A stretch of 39,851 nucleotides of DNA. Source: Candidatus Sigynarchaeum calidifontis (GTDB taxonomy: Archaea > Asgardarchaeota > Lokiarchaeia > Sigyniarchaeales > Sigyniarchaeaceae). The notes under the pieces are model-generated. The model did no database searches. It had not been told where the DNA came from and saw only the letters and a list, made by a program, of their open reading frames with translations. The position numbers and the translations under genes are program-made. Below, one piece after another: positions 37,271-39,851 of this stretch. Where the stretch lies: positions 1 through 39,851 of the forward strand of contig JAUQYZ020000243.1 in assembly GCA_030587475.2 (NCBI GenBank), read 5' to 3'. Position 1 is the stretch's first letter; every line of letters starts with the position of its first letter.

Positions 37271-37605
37271 CTAGATTATTGTCCGGCAAGAAATGCACAC
37301 ACTTGGTTCCCATTCCCCTTCTAGGTTGATCTTTTCGGTCTTGAACAATCGCTCGTTGCATTTCGGGCATATCAAGAAGATGTTCACTAACGTCTGCTTG
37401 CCATTTTCCATTGAGGTTCTCTCCGTGGCTGTTGACAGAATTACACTTTTTGTAGATAAAACTGCTTTGCCATTTTCGTGGAATCGCTTTCGTGTTCAGC
37501 ATCTTGTCTTGTAATCGCGATAAAAAGCGATGCTGGATCCTTCCGGCATTGTTGAGATAATCGGCCACGGAATATATCATTCCCTTGATTTCATCTCCGT
37601 CGAAT
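37271..37605 (-). pseudogene. Decayed MORN-variant-repeat gene ending in an intact 46-aa CxxC...CxxC zinc-ribbon ORF (37411-37271)
   Basis: Manual translation across frames gives ADYLN/MPEGSSIAFYRD..., FHENGK, FIYKK and MENGKQTLVNIFLICPKCNERLFKTEKINLEGEWEPSVCISCRTII*. In-frame TGA at 37498-37496. Confidence 0.4.
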
Positions 37606-37653
37606 CATGAGTCAAGTAAAAACAGCGTGGAAATTGTTGGTACAAGTAAAAAG

Positions 37654-38907
37654 CTAGAGCACGGAATACGTCCAAACGTGCGGGAAGCCGGTGCTTCTAT
37701 AGCCTTCCAGGTCATGACCCTGGTAATGCGCGTCCACGTCAGCCAGCACCGCAGATTCAAAAAACCAGGACGGATTATCCCATAAAAACGTGGCCGGATC
37801 GCAAGTGGTATTTCCATGCATATATCGCGCGAGCCCGAGATGCAATATGCCTCCTTGCACGTCCGATTCCATGAGAAGCTGGTTTTTCGAGACGTTTTGG
37901 CCGATGCTAACATGGCTCAAGCCTAAAAGCAAACTTGGGCTTAAATAATACAATCGTGGCACGTATTCGAGACGAAGCCAATAACCTGGCATTATATCGA
38001 CGTCGATTCGGAGGATGTTCAATGAATTTGATTTGAAAGCAGTGATGTTGCGAACGATGCAATCTGATGGGGCGATTATATCGCTTGAAGCCGTGACGTT
38101 GAAGTCAAGGTCGAGATGGCGGGTGCTTTGTTCGTAGCTAGATTCGCCCGTTGGATTGGGCACGCCGAATGGCCGGATGGAAGTGACGTTAATGAGCGCC
38201 ACCGGGCAACAGAACTCCGGGGAAATCTTCGAGAATGCATCTGGAAACATCACCAAGTCATAGATACGACTGTGCGTGTCTGGTGGATCCCGCCACATCG
38301 TCGAATGAAGGATGGTATTCGTTGCCGTGTAGTTTACTATATCTAGGTAGAAACACGGGTTCACGCGATACCAAGCATTAGGATCATTACGAGAATGACG
38401 GCGCTGGATATCCCAATGGAGATGGCCCTGATACTTCAGCACCCCGATCACTTGCCCTTGCTTCACTTGCTGGCCCACTTGGACGAAGACGGACGCCCTC
38501 ATCTCTTCGATGGTCATGTCCGTCGCGGGCTCGAAAATATTGGTCACTTGCCAATATTCATTTATTTTCAAGTAGATCTGGTAGTTCCGCGGGCCATAAT
38601 CGCCGAGCCAGATGCTTGCAACGATACCATCATGGCACGCGATGATCTCCGTGTTGTCTGGTAAATTCAAGTCGACCCCCTCGTGAGGGCGCTCCTCCAT
38701 GCCAAACATGATCAGCTGGCCCCACGCGGAACCGATGCTCGAGATAATGCTCGGGTGCTTGACGGGTAAACATACGACCGGTGCCCCCGGCTCTTCATCC
38801 GTGTCGATGGGGGACGGGGAAAGATACATCCAGGAGAAAAAGAGAACGCCCGCCGTGATCACGATTCCGATTGCGAGCGTGGAAACGACCCGCCGTCTCG
38901 ATTTCAT
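37654..38907 (-). CDS. Membrane-anchored protein with tandem M23-peptidase-like domains
   Basis: RRR plus TM helix. Domain 1: PHEGVD, IIACHDGIV, VQVGQQVKQGQVIG, GHLHW. Domain 2: RHLDLD, IIAPSDCIV, VSIGQNVSKNQ, ILHLG. Alternative TTG start at 38979. Confidence 0.78.
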   Translation of the reverse strand: MKSRRRVVSTLAIGIVITAGVLFFSWMYLSPSPIDTDEEPGAPVVCLPVKHPSIISSIGSAWGQLIMFGMEERPHEGVDLNLPDNTEIIACHDGIVASIWLGDYGPRNYQIYLKINEYWQVTNIFEPATDMTIEEMRASVFVQVGQQVKQGQVIGVLKYQGHLHWDIQRRHSRNDPNAWYRVNPCFYLDIVNYTATNTILHSTMWRDPPDTHSRIYDLVMFPDAFSKISPEFCCPVALINVTSIRPFGVPNPTGESSYEQSTRHLDLDFNVTASSDIIAPSDCIVRNITAFKSNSLNILRIDVDIMPGYWLRLEYVPRLYYLSPSLLLGLSHVSIGQNVSKNQLLMESDVQGGILHLGLARYMHGNTTCDPATFLWDNPSWFFESAVLADVDAHYQGHDLEGYRSTGFPHVWTYSVL

Positions 38908-39036
38908 GGAATAATCACTAGTAATACCAAGTTTCTCGGGATCGCCGGTGTTGAACGTGCTACTTATTGGGATAGACAAGTACCATATATTCTTTTACAC
39001 GGCGCATCGACACGTTCATGCACGTCAATGCACGAG

Positions 39037-39851
39037 TCAATCCGCCAAGCCCTCGATGTCCTTGTAACAGTCTTCTGGATAATAGTTATGCTCGTCCTTT
39101 GCATGGTTCGGGTACCAGACTTGCGCGAAAAAGGGATTTTTCCTGGCGATCTCGTCGTAATTCCACGGAGGCGGGAGGCATCGCGGGCACCAGTGGCCGG
39201 CCTTGAGGACCGTGTAGGGTTTGGCCGAAAAATCGTGGCCAAACGCGCACCGCCATTCCAACGTCTCGTACCAGTCGCCATTCCATGTTCTTGACAAGCA
39301 AGCCCCGCCACGAAATGCTGCCGCCCCGCGCAAATCGTCGAGATCGAGCTTGGCCTTTGCCTCGTCATAGCCATGATCCAGCTTCACGTGCGGGGCGTCG
39401 TGGCGCATGTCCGGCATGTCGACATCCCAGCCGGGTATTTGCTCGAAGCGTTCATAGGACCCGTAGAAAGCGGAGATACGCATGTCGTTGCGGCTCTTGT
39501 ACCAGCCGAGCGTGCCATCCGGGCGCGCGGCGAGAGTTTCGAGTCTCATGCGGGTCTGCCGCTCGACGAAGCGTCGAAAGGGCGGGAAAGCCTTGCACAA
39601 GACCGAGATGGCCTTGAGTGACACTGGAAGGGACCGTTTCACCATGGCGATGTAATCGTCCATCGTGTCGCCCCAGTTGTGTATGTACTCGTTCAATACC
39701 CACGAATCATCGAAAAATTGCATGTGGAAATTCCTGAGGGCAAACCACTTGCGATCCATGACTTTCCGATAGTCCAAGCCGAGCACATCATAGAAGATCT
39801 TCATGAAGTCAAGGAACACGACGCGGCATTTCGGCCCGCCACCCATGTTGT
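39037..39851 (-). CDS. C-terminal part of an NAD-dependent epimerase/dehydratase (extended SDR) with a C-terminal zinc-finger-like domain; 5'-truncated by the window
   Basis: Frame is open to the window edge (NMGGG), NFHMQFFDDS, WRCAFGHDF...HWCPRC. Confidence 0.65.
   Translation of the reverse strand, partial: NMGGGPKCRVVFLDFMKIFYDVLGLDYRKVMDRKWFALRNFHMQFFDDSWVLNEYIHNWGDTMDDYIAMVKRSLPVSLKAISVLCKAFPPFRRFVERQTRMRLETLAARPDGTLGWYKSRNDMRISAFYGSYERFEQIPGWDVDMPDMRHDAPHVKLDHGYDEAKAKLDLDDLRGAAAFRGGACLSRTWNGDWYETLEWRCAFGHDFSAKPYTVLKAGHWCPRCLPPPWNYDEIARKNPFFAQVWYPNHAKDEHNYYPEDCYKDIEGLAD

Noticed and set aside
1-39851. CRISPR arrays, tRNA/rRNA genes, integrases, transposases, DGR or retron components
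   Set aside because: No spaced repeats, cloverleaf structures or recombinase/RT motifs were seen by eye. tRNAscan/Infernal would be needed to exclude small RNAs.

Overview
Archaeal chromosomal window, most likely from an Asgard archaeon (Lokiarchaeia-like; inference). The basis is an archaeal aIF-1A, GGTGA/GAGGTG ribosome-binding sites, TATA boxes, two AOR paralogs, a longin-like domain and a tandem winged-helix regulator. About 33 CDS were called; no rRNA, tRNA, CRISPR array, transposase or integrase was seen. In order, the window holds: a 5'-truncated large surface protein; a QueG/RdhA-like + NIF3 + metallophosphoesterase operon; dodecin; a B12 acyl-CoA mutase operon with isobutyryl-CoA-mutase-type residues, meaB and a D-aminoacylase; a split UxaA and a fold-III PLP enzyme; an M23-like peptidase; an in-frame TM-longin-like/wHTH gene pair; a creatininase-like gene, class III aminotransferase and AORs; an MFS transporter; a 9 kb six-gene membrane-tethered glycan-processing cluster; aIF-1A; a decayed MORN/zinc-ribbon remnant; a second M23-like gene; and a truncated SDR. 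The six-gene cluster (exported metallophosphoesterase, polytopic-GH9 fusion, GH99-like enzyme, three unknown membrane proteins) is the best candidate for an undescribed system. All calls come from motif recognition by eye; no database searches were run.
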